64,000 nt of DNA from Octopus bimaculoides (lineage: Eukaryota): the NCBI RefSeq assembly GCF_001194135.2, contig NC_068995.1, positions 24,082,393-24,146,392 of the forward strand, given 5' to 3'. Position numbers and translations under genes: made by a program. Each line of letters begins with the position of its first letter. Positions within the stretch are counted from its first letter, which is position 1. Under the pieces are notes generated by a model. The model did not search any database. It worked only from the letters and a program-made list of their open reading frames with translations, and was not told the DNA's origin. Shown in pieces: positions 51,500 through 64,000 of the stretch.

Positions 51500-52530
51500 G
51501 TACAGGGAAACAAATTTATGAGTATTAATGTTCTATGTAAGAAGGAGCGGACATAGGAATTGATTCGAGAGTGTCATGGTGAGTGTGGCACAAGACCAAC
51601 AAGTTTCAAGAAGGCAGCTTTGTATTAGAGGTAGTGAGAAAGCAGAGCGTTGATAGTACGCCTGTAAGCCAGAAATTAGAATGGTAGTGATCTCCATGAC
51701 AATCAGGTGGTGACATCTTTGGAGAAGCTCTAAGATCCTGTGTATCATTTGTTGACTACCCACAAGGGGCTACACACAGAGGGGACAAACAAGGACAGAC
51801 AAACGGATTAAGTCGACCCCAGTGCGTAACTGGTACTTATTTAATCGACCCCGAAAAGATGAAAGGCAAAGTCGACCTCGGCGGAATTTGAACTCAGAAC
51901 ATAGCTGCAGACGAAATACCGCTAAGCATTTCGCCCGGCGTGCTAACGTTTTTGCCAGATCCTGTGTATGCAGCACCGTATCAGGTGAGGAAGTTGTATT
52001 TATTAAGGGTCTCACCTAAACTTTGTAGGGACTTGATAGCTGTTGATGCCTGAAATATTTCTTGAATCTAATGAGGAAACCTTGTCCTTGTGTTTCTTTT
52101 CGGGTTATGTTGAGTGTGTATTATCATCAGGAAATATTTTCAGGGATAAAGAGCGCTAGCATTTGCGAAGTTGGTGGGTTCTGTAACGAATTTAGGATAA
52201 TGTTTCCTTTGTTTTATCTTTGTGAGGTTGAAAGAGACAAGGTTACCATGACACCGTCAGGAAATGGTTTCGAGGCCCTGTTTGTGGTGTCAGAGCAGAT
52301 TCGTTGTAGATGGCGATAGGGTGAAAGATGTTAGAAATCAATGAATGTTCATTTCATCTATTCATGATTGGTGGCAAAGATGTTATTGGAGGTAAGTTTC
52401 TGATATTTAAGAGGAAGAGTGTGGGAGACGAAAGCAAATCTAGAAACTTAGTGTAGGTAAGGCACCTGCACTGGTGTGATGTGGCAAAAAAACATTCATC
52501 CAAGAGACGAGCTCATGAGCTTGGAGATTT
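51500..52530 (-). mobile_element. CR1/L2-like LINE RT 3' remnant, heavily decayed, interrupted by a SINE
   Basis: Minus strand ...TLNITRKETQGQGFLIRFKKYFRHQQLSSPYKV*VRPL... resembles the CR1/L2 motif GFL.R....F....L..LYK..VRP.LEY. Confidence 0.6.
51746..51958 (-). mobile_element. SINE family B head with an alternative 3' tail, 13-bp TSD
   Basis: AGATCCTGTGTAT at 51733-51745 and 51957-51969. The tail differs from the other family B copies. Confidence 0.92.
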
Positions 52531-52869
52531 TTCTAAAGATTTTGTGTGAAAGACATGATTTGATATGTGATATAATAAAATATATTCCATTGTATTTTGG
52601 CATATTTAATATTTCAAATATAGTTTGCAATATTTGATAACACGAGAATGTATTGTGATATAATTAGTATTTCAGATGTAGTCTATGATACTAAATGTGA
52701 AAACATGCATTACAATGTAATGTGTTAAAGTGTGTGATTTTTAATCTGATACCATACAGCTTAATGCATTGTGGTATATCTAGATAAATTTCAAACACAC
52801 GAGATAAATTGATAAATTAAATCCCAATACACTAAATATGCAGAAGATTCCTCACTCGTTCTCTTTTTC

Positions 52870-53216
52870 TCTGTTTATGTATTTCTCTCTCTCTCTCTCT
52901 CCTTCTCCCTTCCCTTCTCTCTCTCTCTTTCTCTCCCTTTGTTCTCTCTCCCCAGTATCTCTTTCTCTGTCGCTCTTTTATTTCTCTTTTTCTCTCTCTC
53001 TCCTCTCTCTCTTCCTTTCACATAACTCACTTTCTCTCTCCTCTTCTCTCTTTCCTCTCTTGCCTTCCTTCTCTCTCTCCTTCTCTCTCTCTCTCTCTCT
53101 ACTCTCTCCGGCACTCGCTAGCTCTTTCTCCGTCGTTCTTTTATTATTTCCCTATTTCTCTCTCCCTCTCTCCCCTCTCTCTCTCTCCCTCTCTCCCCCC
53201 TCTCTCTCTCTATCTC

Positions 53217-53262
<46 letters not shown>

Positions 53263-53270
53263 GCTCATTC
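52870..53270. repeat. Degenerate (CT)n polypyrimidine tract
   Basis: Directly visible. It explains the SL/ER-rich ORFs. Confidence 0.95.
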
Positions 53271-54776
53271 GCTCTTGATTTTGATCTTGCTCATGAAATT
53301 ATAACAAAATTCAGTTTCTCGCTCGAAAGGTCGACGGTAAGGTGTTGCGATGTTGACAAGCCTACAAAACAGTAACATCGTCGATGTACACATTGACTTA
53401 TAAAAACGCTGCGCAATACATTTACGGATGCTTGATTATTTTGCTAGCTTGAATCGATGACTTCAACTCCCTTAGTTATAAAGTAATTTTCTTATTCTGA
53501 GAAAAACTTCATATTCAACAATGGACGATTTTCTAAGGCACGTAGCCGTCACGAATATCTATGATAAAAATAAAGATCTATCATTCATTGATTTTATTCT
53601 ATCGACACTTTTTTTTTTCTAAACCAGAGACCAATTCCCATAATAATATTAATCAAACTATCCCTTCTCTTCTTATGCGTTGATAAAATCACAACTAATG
53701 AATAGATAACCTTACAAAATAAAGCTGAAATCACTAATGTCATTATTATAAATTACATTTATCCAATAACGGCTTTCCTCTTTAGTTTGATATTTATTTA
53801 TCTCATAAACATTATATGTTTTAACATTGCAAAAGGTTCTAGAACCTTTTCAGATTTGTTTTCTATAAAGGTATTCTATTCACGTTGATAAATGATGAAG
53901 TGTTTTTCATAAGAAACTCTTCATAAAGTAGTTTGTTGCTTTCTCAAACTACGTTCAAATAGTTCTTTTTCAGATAAACTATTGAAAGATGCAGGCAAAA
54001 TGGAGCATTTCAAAGCAAGCTCCCTGCGAATTAAAAAATAAAAGAAAATTTCTGATGTGTGTGCGTGTGTTTGTATACGCGTGTATGTGTGTGAGTTGTG
54101 TGTGTAAGCGTAGGGAAACGGCGTATGTGCGCGTGCGTATAAGGGTGGAGAGAAACAGCGTTTAAACCAGTACGTGCGTCGAAAGTGAAATGAATGTTGG
54201 GAAATACATTAGTAGAACAGCCAATTAGAATCAAGCAAAGATACAAACGAGTTGAGAGTGGCGAAGAGAGAAAGGGGGAAAGAGAAAGAGAGAGAGGAAG
54301 TGAGAGAGATAGAATAGAAGTAAATTTAAGTATCAATTTTGGAGTTTTGATCGATTCACACCCCTCCCTTATGTTCAATTCATTTGCTTCAGAAATAAAG
54401 AATACACGAAAATAATAAAATAATCACTCTTCCTTTTGATTTTGTCGGTTGAAATTTCAACTAAAAGTTACCCCTAACCAGTAACATTCATCCTAGTATT
54501 TCTCAGTGACATTTATCTGAGTGCAGTCGTTTCAAAAGAACATCAAATTTATTTTCTCGCAACAAAACAGTTATTCTGTTTGCTTGGACCTTTATTTCTT
54601 TCTTTCTTTTTTCACTGATACTTTGTATGTAGAATATAAAAGAAACTAAATGAAAAGATGAAGAAAGCCAGAAGTTATTCTAATCGTACTTGATTTATGA
54701 GCATTGTATAAAACATTTCAGCACAACGATACATAATGGAAAACATTAACTTATAGTTGGGAGAGATTGCACTTAC

Positions 54777-54871
54777 CGTTTAGATGAAGGAAATGGTGCT
54801 GCCACACGAATTCAGTTTCAACCTTAAATTCTAAAGCACTGAACTCTGAGTCATTGCGACCTCCCAAATGC
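54777..54871 (-). CDS. Candidate 95-bp exon, unknown gene
   Basis: Acceptor atatattatacag, donor ACG|gtaagt. The single open frame reads HLGGRNDSEFSALEFKVETEFVWQHHFLHLN. Confidence 0.3.
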
Positions 54872-55117
54872 CTGTATAATATATCTATTTCGATGTGTGT
54901 TCGTGAGGGAGTGACTATTAACGTATATCTATATGATAATGTATGTGTGTTAGTTTCTGTGTATGCGTAAGTACGAGTGTACCTGTGTGAGCGCACGCGA
55001 GTGTGTGTATGTGCTTGCATGTAAGTTTGTGTGTGTGACAAAGAGCAAGTATATTCTAGACGAACTGTATACACACTTTCGATTCCTCTTTGGAACTACT
55101 TTATTGCACTTTCACAG

Positions 55118-55242
55118 CTAATGCCTGGGGAAGACTTTGGTTGAAAAATTTGCTTCGTTCCCACAACGAAATATCGACAAGAAGCCCCTTCATCGTCGCA
55201 GCTTGTGGTGTTACTACATTGGCTCACAACAACGAGCAACAA
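55118..55242 (+). CDS. Candidate 125-bp exon, unknown gene
   Basis: Acceptor ctactttattgcactttcacag, donor CAA|gtaagg. Open frame NAWGRLWLKNLLRSHNEISTRSPFIVAACGVTTLAHNNEQQ. Confidence 0.3.
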
Positions 55243-55821
55243 GTAAGGCTTTGGAGATGAGCGGTGGGTAAAAAAATAGAAAAAGAGCGTGAGGAGGAAA
55301 TTGTTAAGCAAAAACAAAAACTGCGCAAAATTCAAAAACACGGCACAGTTTATAGAATGCCACAAGTTCCACTATCGCATGAATAAGCAGTGTGAACCTG
55401 AAAGATCAAAGCTGGAAGTTCCGAAATGTAAAAATAACGACGATCATCATCATTTCAGTCTGGATTTCAAGAGACGAGCAGCTGAGAGGATATTATTCAG
55501 AATTTTAAAAGAACGATTTTATAGTTTCCTACACCGGAAATGTAAGCCTTGTCTGAGTGTGTTTAGATATGCTCAACGACACGTCTGAGTGTACAAGACT
55601 CGAATACCACGAGTAACTGGTGAGTAGAGAGATGATCCAGCGTGTAAATAGCTGATTCTTTTCAATTACGGGAGAGTGATTTTCCAAATTTATAAAACTT
55701 GTATGCATTCATATATTCTTGAGGCTATATACTTGTCTATTTAGATCATGTTTGTGTGTAATATATACTTTTGTTATTTACACCACCTGTCCTCGTCTGT
55801 TGTTATTATTTGTATATTCTC

Positions 55822-55858
<37 letters not shown>

Positions 55859-55929
55859 GCATTAATAATATATTTATATTTGTATGCATGCATGTACATA
55901 TGTGTGTATATAGCTTATAAATAGCCAAG

Positions 55930-56200
55930 CATTCACTTGGAAGAAGTGAGGCATTTTAATGTGTACCATGCTTACGTTAATCGGTTGAGGGAGGTGCGGG
56001 TGCAGTCACATATTGACATCCAATTGGAAAGCTCATGCTTTCGCGCAGCAGTCGATCTATTCCATTGGTACTCGTTTTCTGCTCTGGATAGGAACAACGG
56101 GAAATGGAATACTCCGTTCAGACACAAAGCATGCTTGATCTAGAAATTGAACCCATGACGTTATTATTGTGAGTCGAACACCGTAAACACAAGGCCACAC
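55930..56200 (-). mobile_element. SINE with family C-like tRNA head and a different body
   Basis: gaaattgaacccatgacg...gtgagtcgaacaccgtaaacacaaggccac is the reverse complement of a tRNA-like head. Confidence 0.55.
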
Positions 56201-56272
56201 ATACACATACATATAAAACATATATAGTACAGACATACGGGCATATTCACACATATGCACATACATACACAC

Positions 56273-56310
<38 letters not shown>

Positions 56311-56324
56311 TCTTACATAAGGCC

Positions 56325-56900
56325 CAACCCCTAACCCTTTATGTTCTGAGTTCAAATCACACAACCCTTCTGGGGTTGATAAAATAAAATACCAGTCAAG
56401 GACTAGGAGCAATTTAATCCATTAACCAATTAACCCGCTCCTCTCAGAATTTTAGGTCTTACCTTTACTTTTCTTGAGGTCAGTAGCTTAACAGAGTAGC
56501 TTGTGCGTTGATAAAAATGTCGTGAGGCAATGCTTTTTAGGTTTTAATGTTCTGAGTTCAAATCCCTTTACCTTTCAACCCTCCAAAATTGATTAAAAAA
56601 AAAAAGATAAGCAGGAGTCAAGTTCTATGTTCGAGGTTATTGATAACCTCAAAACCCACTTACGAGTGCCTCCCTGGTTTCTGAATTAGAAATAATTATC
56701 ATTGTTGATTATTGAATGTTCGGAACGATTTCTGTTATTATTAATGTGATTTATTGCCAGATTCGTTGGAATGTCGTTCTAAGTTCAATTCTTTACCTTT
56801 CACCCGGCCAGAAACTATTGAATGAAGTATTGGCATCGATTTAATGTACAAGATGCCTCACCTCCAAATTTCTGGTTTTGTGCCTATGTTAGAAACTTTT
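56325..56900 (+). mobile_element. Three consecutive decayed SINE family B copies
   Basis: The gttct(g/a)agttcaa(a/t)tc block recurs at ~56343, 56550 and 56778 with colinear flanks. Confidence 0.7.
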
Positions 56901-57644
56901 TATTTTTTTATCTTTATCAAATCTTTTCGTAATTTCTCAAGTCACTCAAACTACAGAGGGTTTTTGAGTGTTGGATTGCTGTTTATGAGTCAAGAAAAAT
57001 ATTTGAAAGACTTAAAATAGTGTTAACACAATTCACAGAAAATTTTTGACAGGCGTCACGATGATAACACTTGTGTTTCTTGGACAAACTAATGAATAAA
57101 AAAACAAAACAAGAAACATTATCTCAGCTAATATCTGCTAAACAACAGTGACTTTCAAGAAAATTTCAAACTCGTTCAAATATGAAAAAATTATCTAAAT
57201 CTAGTCTTAGTTTGATAAAAACTTTCGCTAAGTCACATCAAATGCTATTTATCTTGATTAAGCATTATTGCATATATACTGGTTATCACCTTTAAATAAA
57301 TCATATGTGTTTGCGATTAATCGATTCCTTCCGAGAGAATACAGAAAAATTAAAACAAATTATTTATTTTCATCTTAAATGAAGTTAGATGATTAAAGAA
57401 AAAACTAGGAATAATTTTTCTTTTTATTATTGTTGGAGTTATTATCAAAATTATTAGTTTTTATTTGATTTCTTTCTAGATTTAATGAAACAAATAGAGT
57501 CTATTTGTACAAACACAAAGTTGATCTTTATGAAAAAAAAATATTATCGTGGAAAACAGATTTGTAATAGAATAATATCGCCCAGTGAATATCTCAGCAG
57601 GAGAAAAATTAATAAATTGACTAATTGATATCTTGCTGCGTGCG

Positions 57645-57679
<35 letters not shown>

Positions 57680-57700
57680 TAGCATATATGTGTGTGTTTA

Positions 57701-57747
<47 letters not shown>

Positions 57748-57960
57748 AAATATATAAATTCCCGCATATATATACCACACTTATATTCATTAACATATCT
57801 ATATTCATATGTATGTGTGTGTATATCTATATCTATCTATCTATATATATATATATATATATANNNNNNNNNNNNNNNNNNNNNNNNNNNNNNNNNNNNN
57901 NNNNNNNNNNNNNNNNNNNNNNNTATATATATGTATAGTGTGTGTGTGTGTGCGTGTGTA

Positions 57961-58171
57961 GTCTTCTATTCTTTTACGAGTTTCAGTCAATTTGACTGAG
58001 GCCATGCTGGAGCACCACCTTTTAGTCGACGAAATCGACCCCTAGACTTATTCTTTGTTAGCCTGGTACTTATTCTATCGGTTTCTGTTGCCAAACCGAC
58101 GAGTCACGGGGACGTAAACACACTGAGATCGGTTGACCAGCGATGGTGGAGGGACAAACACAGACACACAA

Positions 58172-58180
<9 letters not shown>
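57961..58180 (-). mobile_element. SINE family A, 3' half, running into (CA)n and an N-gap
   Basis: gtttcagtca...ggccatgctggagcacc...gcctggtacttattctatcg...ggggacgtaaacac. Confidence 0.9.
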
Positions 58181-58218
<38 letters not shown>

Positions 58219-59164
58219 NNNNNNNNNNNNNNNNNNNNNNNNNNNNNNNNNNNNNNNNNNNNNNNNNNNNNNNNNNNNNNNNNNNNNNNNNNNNNNNNNN
58301 NNNNNNNNNNNNNNNNNNNNNNNNNNNNNNNNNNNNNNNNNNNNNNNNNNNNNNNNNNNNNNNNNNNNNNNNNNNNNNNNNNNNNNNNNNNNNNNNNNNN
58401 NNNNNNNNNNNNNNNNNNNNNNNNNNNNNNNNNNNNNNNNNNNNNNNNNNNNNNNNNNNNNNNNNNNNNNNNNNNNNNNNNNNNNNNNNNNNNNNNNNNN
58501 NNNNNNNNNNNNNNNNNNNNNNNNNNNNNNNNNNNNNNNNNNNNNNNNNNNNNNNNNNNNNNNNNNNNNNNNNNNNNNNNNNNNNNNNNNNNNNNNNNNN
58601 NNNNNNNNNNNNNNNNNNNNNNNNNNNNNNNNNNNNNNNNNNNNNNNNNNNNNNNNNNNNNNNNNNNNNNNNNNNNNNNNNNNNNNNNNNNNNNNNNNNN
58701 NNNNNNNNNNNNNNNNNNNNNNNNNNNNNNNNNNNNNNNNNNNNNNNNNNNNNNNNNNNNNNNNNNNNNNNNNNNNNNNNNNNNNNNNNNNNNNNNNNNN
58801 NNNNNNNNNNNNNNNNNNNNNNNNNNNNNNNNNNNNNNNNNNNNNNNNNNNNNNNNNNNNNNNNNNNNNNNNNNNNNNNNNNNNNNNNNNNNNNNNNNNN
58901 NNNNNNNNNNNNNNNNNNNNNNNNNNNNNNNNNNNNNNNNNNTATATATATATATATATATATATATATTCATGTATATATGTACATGCATGAATATATG
59001 TATGTATGTGCGTTCGTTTTGGTATATATTGATGAGATGACGGGAGTAAAAGAATAAGGAGATGGAAAGAAAAAAGAAGCATAAAAGTTCATAGTTAAAC
59101 TTTCCGAAGTTATAGAGACAAGAGCATGAGTCCCCAGGTGCAATCCTGCGTAGATTCATATGGG

Positions 59165-60712
59165 TTGAAATCCTGATATAGTAGTCATCTAGTGTAAAAA
59201 GACGCAAACACATCAATGTTTAATAACAGAATGGTAGCGGAGATGGCTATTAAGTGATAAAAGGAAAGAAATGAAAAGAGGTAGATAGAGTGAGGGAGTA
59301 TTTTAAGGATTGGCTATTATTTATGAGTGGGAGTTAAAGTTAGGGGATTTATATTAGGGGATTTATTGGGTTAAGGTTTAAAAATAAATTAAGGATAAAT
59401 TAAAGAATTAATATTTATCTCATAGTGTGATGAGGTAAGGTAGATAGAAGAGATGTAAGATAGAAGATAGAAATAAAAGATATAAAGATATAGAAGTGGT
59501 ATGTGTTAATAATCATAGGGGTTTGTACGTGGGTGGTATTCGTGTGGGTGAGCTTACATTTAGATTTATAAAAGAATTTAAAAGTGATATCGATACTAGA
59601 AACGACAGCAATAATAACAGCAATATCACGATCGATTCACCTAATACCACCCTCGCCACTACCAGCACTACCTCATCTCTCTCTTCAATTAACCACCATA
59701 GTACTGATGACTGCACGTGCAGTCTGCTGCAAGCCCAATGCATAAGATTAAACGTCGTATACCTATGCACTGTTCACAACATAGTAAATAACTCCTGTAG
59801 CTAGCACATAGGATCTGGTACAAATTTTAAACAAAGGTGTTATGCACAATTAGACTCGTTTAATTGTACTGTGGAATAGTAATTCCACATCTCTAGCCAG
59901 TCACGTACACCATCTAATTAATAGAAAAATACAGTATAAACTTTCCTGGACTATAATAGACTCGGGTACCCCCTATCAGGGCCAACACTCCAGTTGTGGA
60001 CTCTGCTTAAAAGAAGCCCTCAAAATTTTAACTCACAACTCACCATAATTGCTTAATAAATACACGTCTTTTTAAATTCTATCATTAATCTAAATGTAAG
60101 CTCACCCCCACGAATACCACCCATATACAAACATATACCCCTTCTGTATTTCTATATCTCTTATGTCTACCTTATATCTTACATCTCTTCTATCTACCTT
60201 ACCTCATCACACTATGAGATAAATATTAATTCTTTAATTTATTCTTAATTCATTTTTAAACCTTAACCCAATAAATCCCCTAAATCTAACTGCTAAAAAT
60301 AACTCTACAGCCACTGACCTTAACAAAAAGGGACACAAGCAATTGCTACTAGATTTCCTCCCCAACAACTTTAGACTTTAAGACTACCACAGACACCTAC
60401 TACTCTCTTTAAATTCCTTTCATTTTGCTCTATTTTTTTTTTTACCCTATCTTCCTCTATCTCCTCATTCTCACTCTTATGTTCTCTGCTACCCCGTACA
60501 CAATTCTTAGCCACCATACACCTATGCACTTTACTTTATCCTATAGAAAATCCTTAAAAATCCCCCCCCCCCTCACTCTATCTACCTCTCTTTCTATTTC
60601 TTTTCTTTTCTTTGCTTTTATCACTTAATAGCTATCTCCGCTACCATTCTGTTATTGAACATTGATATGTTTGCGTCTTTTTTCACTAGATGTCTACTAT
60701 ATCAGGAAATCG
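59165..60712 (+). mobile_element. PLE 3' remnant (GIY-YIG) flanked by long inverted terminal repeats
   Basis: Middle 59700-60060: CTCSLLQAQCIRLNVVYLCTV...HIGSGTNFKQRCY...SNSTSLASHV...YKLSWTIIDSGTPY...CGLCLKEALKIL. Arms 59165-59590 vs 60065-60712. Confidence 0.85.
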
Positions 60713-62411
60713 CCTCAGTTCACGCAGATAGCCGCGCTCTTCATCGACGGACGAGTCGAGTGAACTGCAGTCCACATATATGTCACATCTTGTTTATTAA
60801 TGGTCCAATACATAATGATATAAATAGGAGAACGGTTGCGTGTAAAGATGACAATACTGGAACAAACCTCTAGCTGTTGAATCAAATTTGTCTATATTTA
60901 TGTGAGGATTCTTGGGACAGCAATACCAACAGGAATAATACTCTGAACAACAGTAATAGTATTCAGACCTCCTGTCGGTGCTCGACTAGCGGCAACAATA
61001 ACCAAGTCTCTCTCGAAGTATGCTGTATTTTCTTAGAGACAGAACACATTGGGTAACCCAGCCTAATGAAAGTAAAAACGAATGGTAGTCAAAAATGGAA
61101 TAATTTTTTATCATATACCTGTTTGATTAGTGCTGAGCTGGGGCTAAAAAAAATAGCAACAATATTAGTGTGAGAAACTGAGTGGGAGAATCTAAATAAA
61201 GGTAAAACACACAGCATTTTTTCTGGTATCAGTGTATTAATAACTAACTTCTTGTTTTCCGCTGGTAAACACGGTTCTAAATGAATGTGAAGGCAAATAA
61301 ACATGCAATATTATATTTGTTACAGAGTATATGTGTGTGTGAGTGTGTGTGTCTCTTTGTGTGTATGCGTGTGTGCTATATCTATTTTTTTTATTTTTTA
61401 GTGTGTATATACGCACACGCACACATATATGCATTTGTATAAATATAATTATACGTATATATGGTGAGGTAGGGATGTTGGCAATTGCGAGTGTATATAT
61501 TCTATTCATTTATGTGCAAATATTTGTGGACATTACCTCTCGCTCTAAGCACTGTGTAGTTAAGCACTCACATTTATGTATCTGTGTATGTAAAACGCAA
61601 TGGTTATAAGTGAATGTGTTTATGTTTACATACTCTGTAAGTGTGTGCAAACGAAATTGTTAAGTTCCGGTTCCAGAAATAATTACTTCACCTTAACTTA
61701 CTAAGGATACTCTACCCTGATTCATCCTCACTGAACAAAGATGGAAAACAATATAACAACTCAATAACAATACCAATAGCAACACGTTATTATGAAGAAA
61801 ATAACATGGAATAGAAGGATCAGTACGTTTTAATGATTTCATTATTTTCATGTCTGTGTACGAAATATAACACACCAATGCTTGTTATATCAATTTATTA
61901 AAGCGAAGAGGATATATACATTTGTTTGTATATGAACATAAATATATGCACACATACGCACATATACAAGTGCATGCATGTGTGCGTATGTGTGTGCGTG
62001 TGTGCGCGCGCAAATGGTAGAGAGATATTCATATATATACATGTATATATATACATATACACATAATTATCTGTGCATCATGATATATATGTGTGTGTTT
62101 GTATGTGTGTATAGTGGTACAGAGATAATTACAGAGAACATTTTTGAATGTGAGTGTATCGTTGTTCTTGTTGCTGTATTCTTCGTTAACAAAATGTCAA
62201 ACCTGATGGACCATATTCATCATCGTAATCTAAAGTTTCTAAAACTACGTTTAATGCTTTTTTGCGGGTGAGAAGGTTGCAATTCTTTCTTAAGACGTTA
62301 GGTTACATTTTGAGAAAAATATAGCTGGTATTTCTCGTAGCTAGAGTGAAAAATCCCCATTGGATAATGTATGTATGTATGTATATATCTATATCTCTAT
62401 ATCTATCTATC

Positions 62412-62469
<58 letters not shown>

Positions 62470-62483
62470 TCGTCGGCTTTATC

Positions 62484-62529
<46 letters not shown>

Positions 62530-63529
62530 TTATTAATATTTCTAAGTCTCTCTAAAGGAGACTACGGCAGCGGTACTGGAAATTAATAGTTATCGCATAT
62601 ATATATATTTATATATATATATATATATAAGAAAACAAAAATGGAACAACAACGTAACAGGCGACAGCAAAACATCCGGACAGTTAGACGATACAAAAAA
62701 AGGACAGGAAAAAACAAGGACGGGTCATTCGGAGTCTTCTATCCTCAGTCGAGTTCCAGATTTTCTCGGCAGTTTCGTCCGTTTACACTCGAGTCTACTC
62801 CAATCTGGCCGGCCCCAAGAAAATCTAAGCTTAGAGCATTAGATTCCTTGGAAGAAAGCAGGCATATGTATCCGAAAACAACGACGAAAAAACAGAGAAA
62901 TTGTAAACAATTATAAATACAAACAACAGGACATTAACAACAGGTGGCTTTCGACTAAGGACGAATTAAATTAATTTTGGTGTGTGTGGAAGTGAAGCCA
63001 TACCACAGGGACATAAGAGATGAAAGTCACGGGAAGGAATATAGATGTTGCACTGATGGTAGTCAAACCAAGAAAGAAATGTCAGGCTTAGCGAAACACC
63101 GGTCAAGTGGAAGGAGAGAAGAAGGGTAGAGGCAAAGGGATAGAAGAATTAGGAAGGGACGAGAAAGAAAGAAAAAAGAAAAGGGACATAGTGAGGTAAA
63201 AGAGGAGGGATGGCATGAATGAAAGGAAGGCCAAGAAGTGTGAGAGAGGTGGAGCGAGAGAGAGAAGAGTGGAAAGAACGAAGTGTGAAGGGGCTGAAAG
63301 AAAGAGTAAAAAAGTCGTACAGAATTTAGATGTGTGTGTGTGTATATGTGTGTGTGTGTACCTACATATAAGAGATCAAAAGTTTACGTACGCTGCTATA
63401 TGTATATATAAAAAAGAAAACAAAAATTGGAACAAGAACGTAACAAGCGATATCGCCAACTTTAACGCGTATCCGAAAATTTAGTTTCTTCTTTTGTTGA
63501 AAACTTCCTTTACGATGATGGCGTTGACT

Positions 63530-63975
63530 AATTCTTGCATAGAAGAGTCGATGGCATTGACTGCATGCTAATGTTGATGGCGGACGAGATTGATTTTGTC
63601 GAGCCTTTCTCTCCTGTCATTTGATTTCTTCCTTTCCTCTTCTGGTGGCTTCGAAATTTTTGGTTCCGACACTTGGTATGGTTTCGGGATTGTGTTCCAA
63701 ATGATTTATACTCAAGTCCAGTGGCTTCCAGCGTTGTTTTGAGTCGATCTTTGTGTCTTTGAAGAGAATATCCCCGTGGTCTTTTCCCTAAACGAGCTCG
63801 CTGAATAAGACGTGGCGTAGGAACCTTGACGCTTCCATTCTTGCTGCATATCCTGACCATCGAAGACAATGTTTCATGATCAGTGATTCGATACTTTGAC
63901 TGTTGGCTCTTTCTAGGACTTTGTTGTTGGTCACATAGTGTTCCTATTTGATACTCAAGATTGAACGAAGCTTTT
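63530..63975 (-). mobile_element. RTE-clade LINE 3' remnant
   Basis: Minus strand KLRSILSIK*EHYVTNNKVLERAN..SIESLIMKHCLRWSGYAARME...FSEL..GKRPRG...KDRLK. Confidence 0.85.
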
Positions 63976-64000
63976 ATATATGTGTGTATGTGTGTGTGTG

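Noticed and set aside
55118-55384. Open frame continuing through a single TGA (…VRLWR*AVGKKIEKEREEEIVKQKQK…), raising selenocysteine or readthrough
   Set aside because: No selenoprotein motif or SECIS-like hairpin recognised, and a good splice donor at 55243 precedes the TGA.
25361-59216. Longest ORFs in the track (275-370 aa)
   Set aside because: They are N-gaps translated as X plus flanking microsatellites.
62690-62820. GAAA-CTGCCG motif with CCAGAT/ATCTGG pairing on the minus strand
   Set aside because: No CUGANGA core at the required position. Treated as part of a dispersed repeat.

Overview
AT-rich, repeat-saturated animal genomic DNA from a gapped draft assembly (12 N-gaps, most abutting microsatellites). 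The SINE families and the extreme (TA)n/(CA)n/(GATA)n/(TACA)n load point to a coleoid cephalopod, probably Octopus (inference from remembered repeat consensus sequences, not a database search). No intact protein-coding gene, rRNA, tRNA or CRISPR array is visible. The long ORFs in the track are translated microsatellites, N-gaps or decayed transposons. Recognisable content: three or four tRNA-derived SINE families (25 or more copies or fragments); five R4/Dong-like RLE LINE 3' remnants; Tx1-, CR1/L2- and RTE-like LINE remnants; several Penelope-like element (PLE) remnants with inverted terminal repeats; a DD37D (maT) transposon relic; and mariner, hAT and unclassified MITEs. The most interesting layer is a set of type I hammerhead ribozyme (HHR) motifs with palindromic helix III from at least four unrelated repeat families. 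One lies in an ORF-less, terminally redundant ~500-bp repeat that looks like a retrozyme, and another pair lies in a ~300-bp, ~95% identical fold-back. A few isolated candidate exons and a unique-sequence island at 54-55.7 kb may belong to an unidentified host gene.
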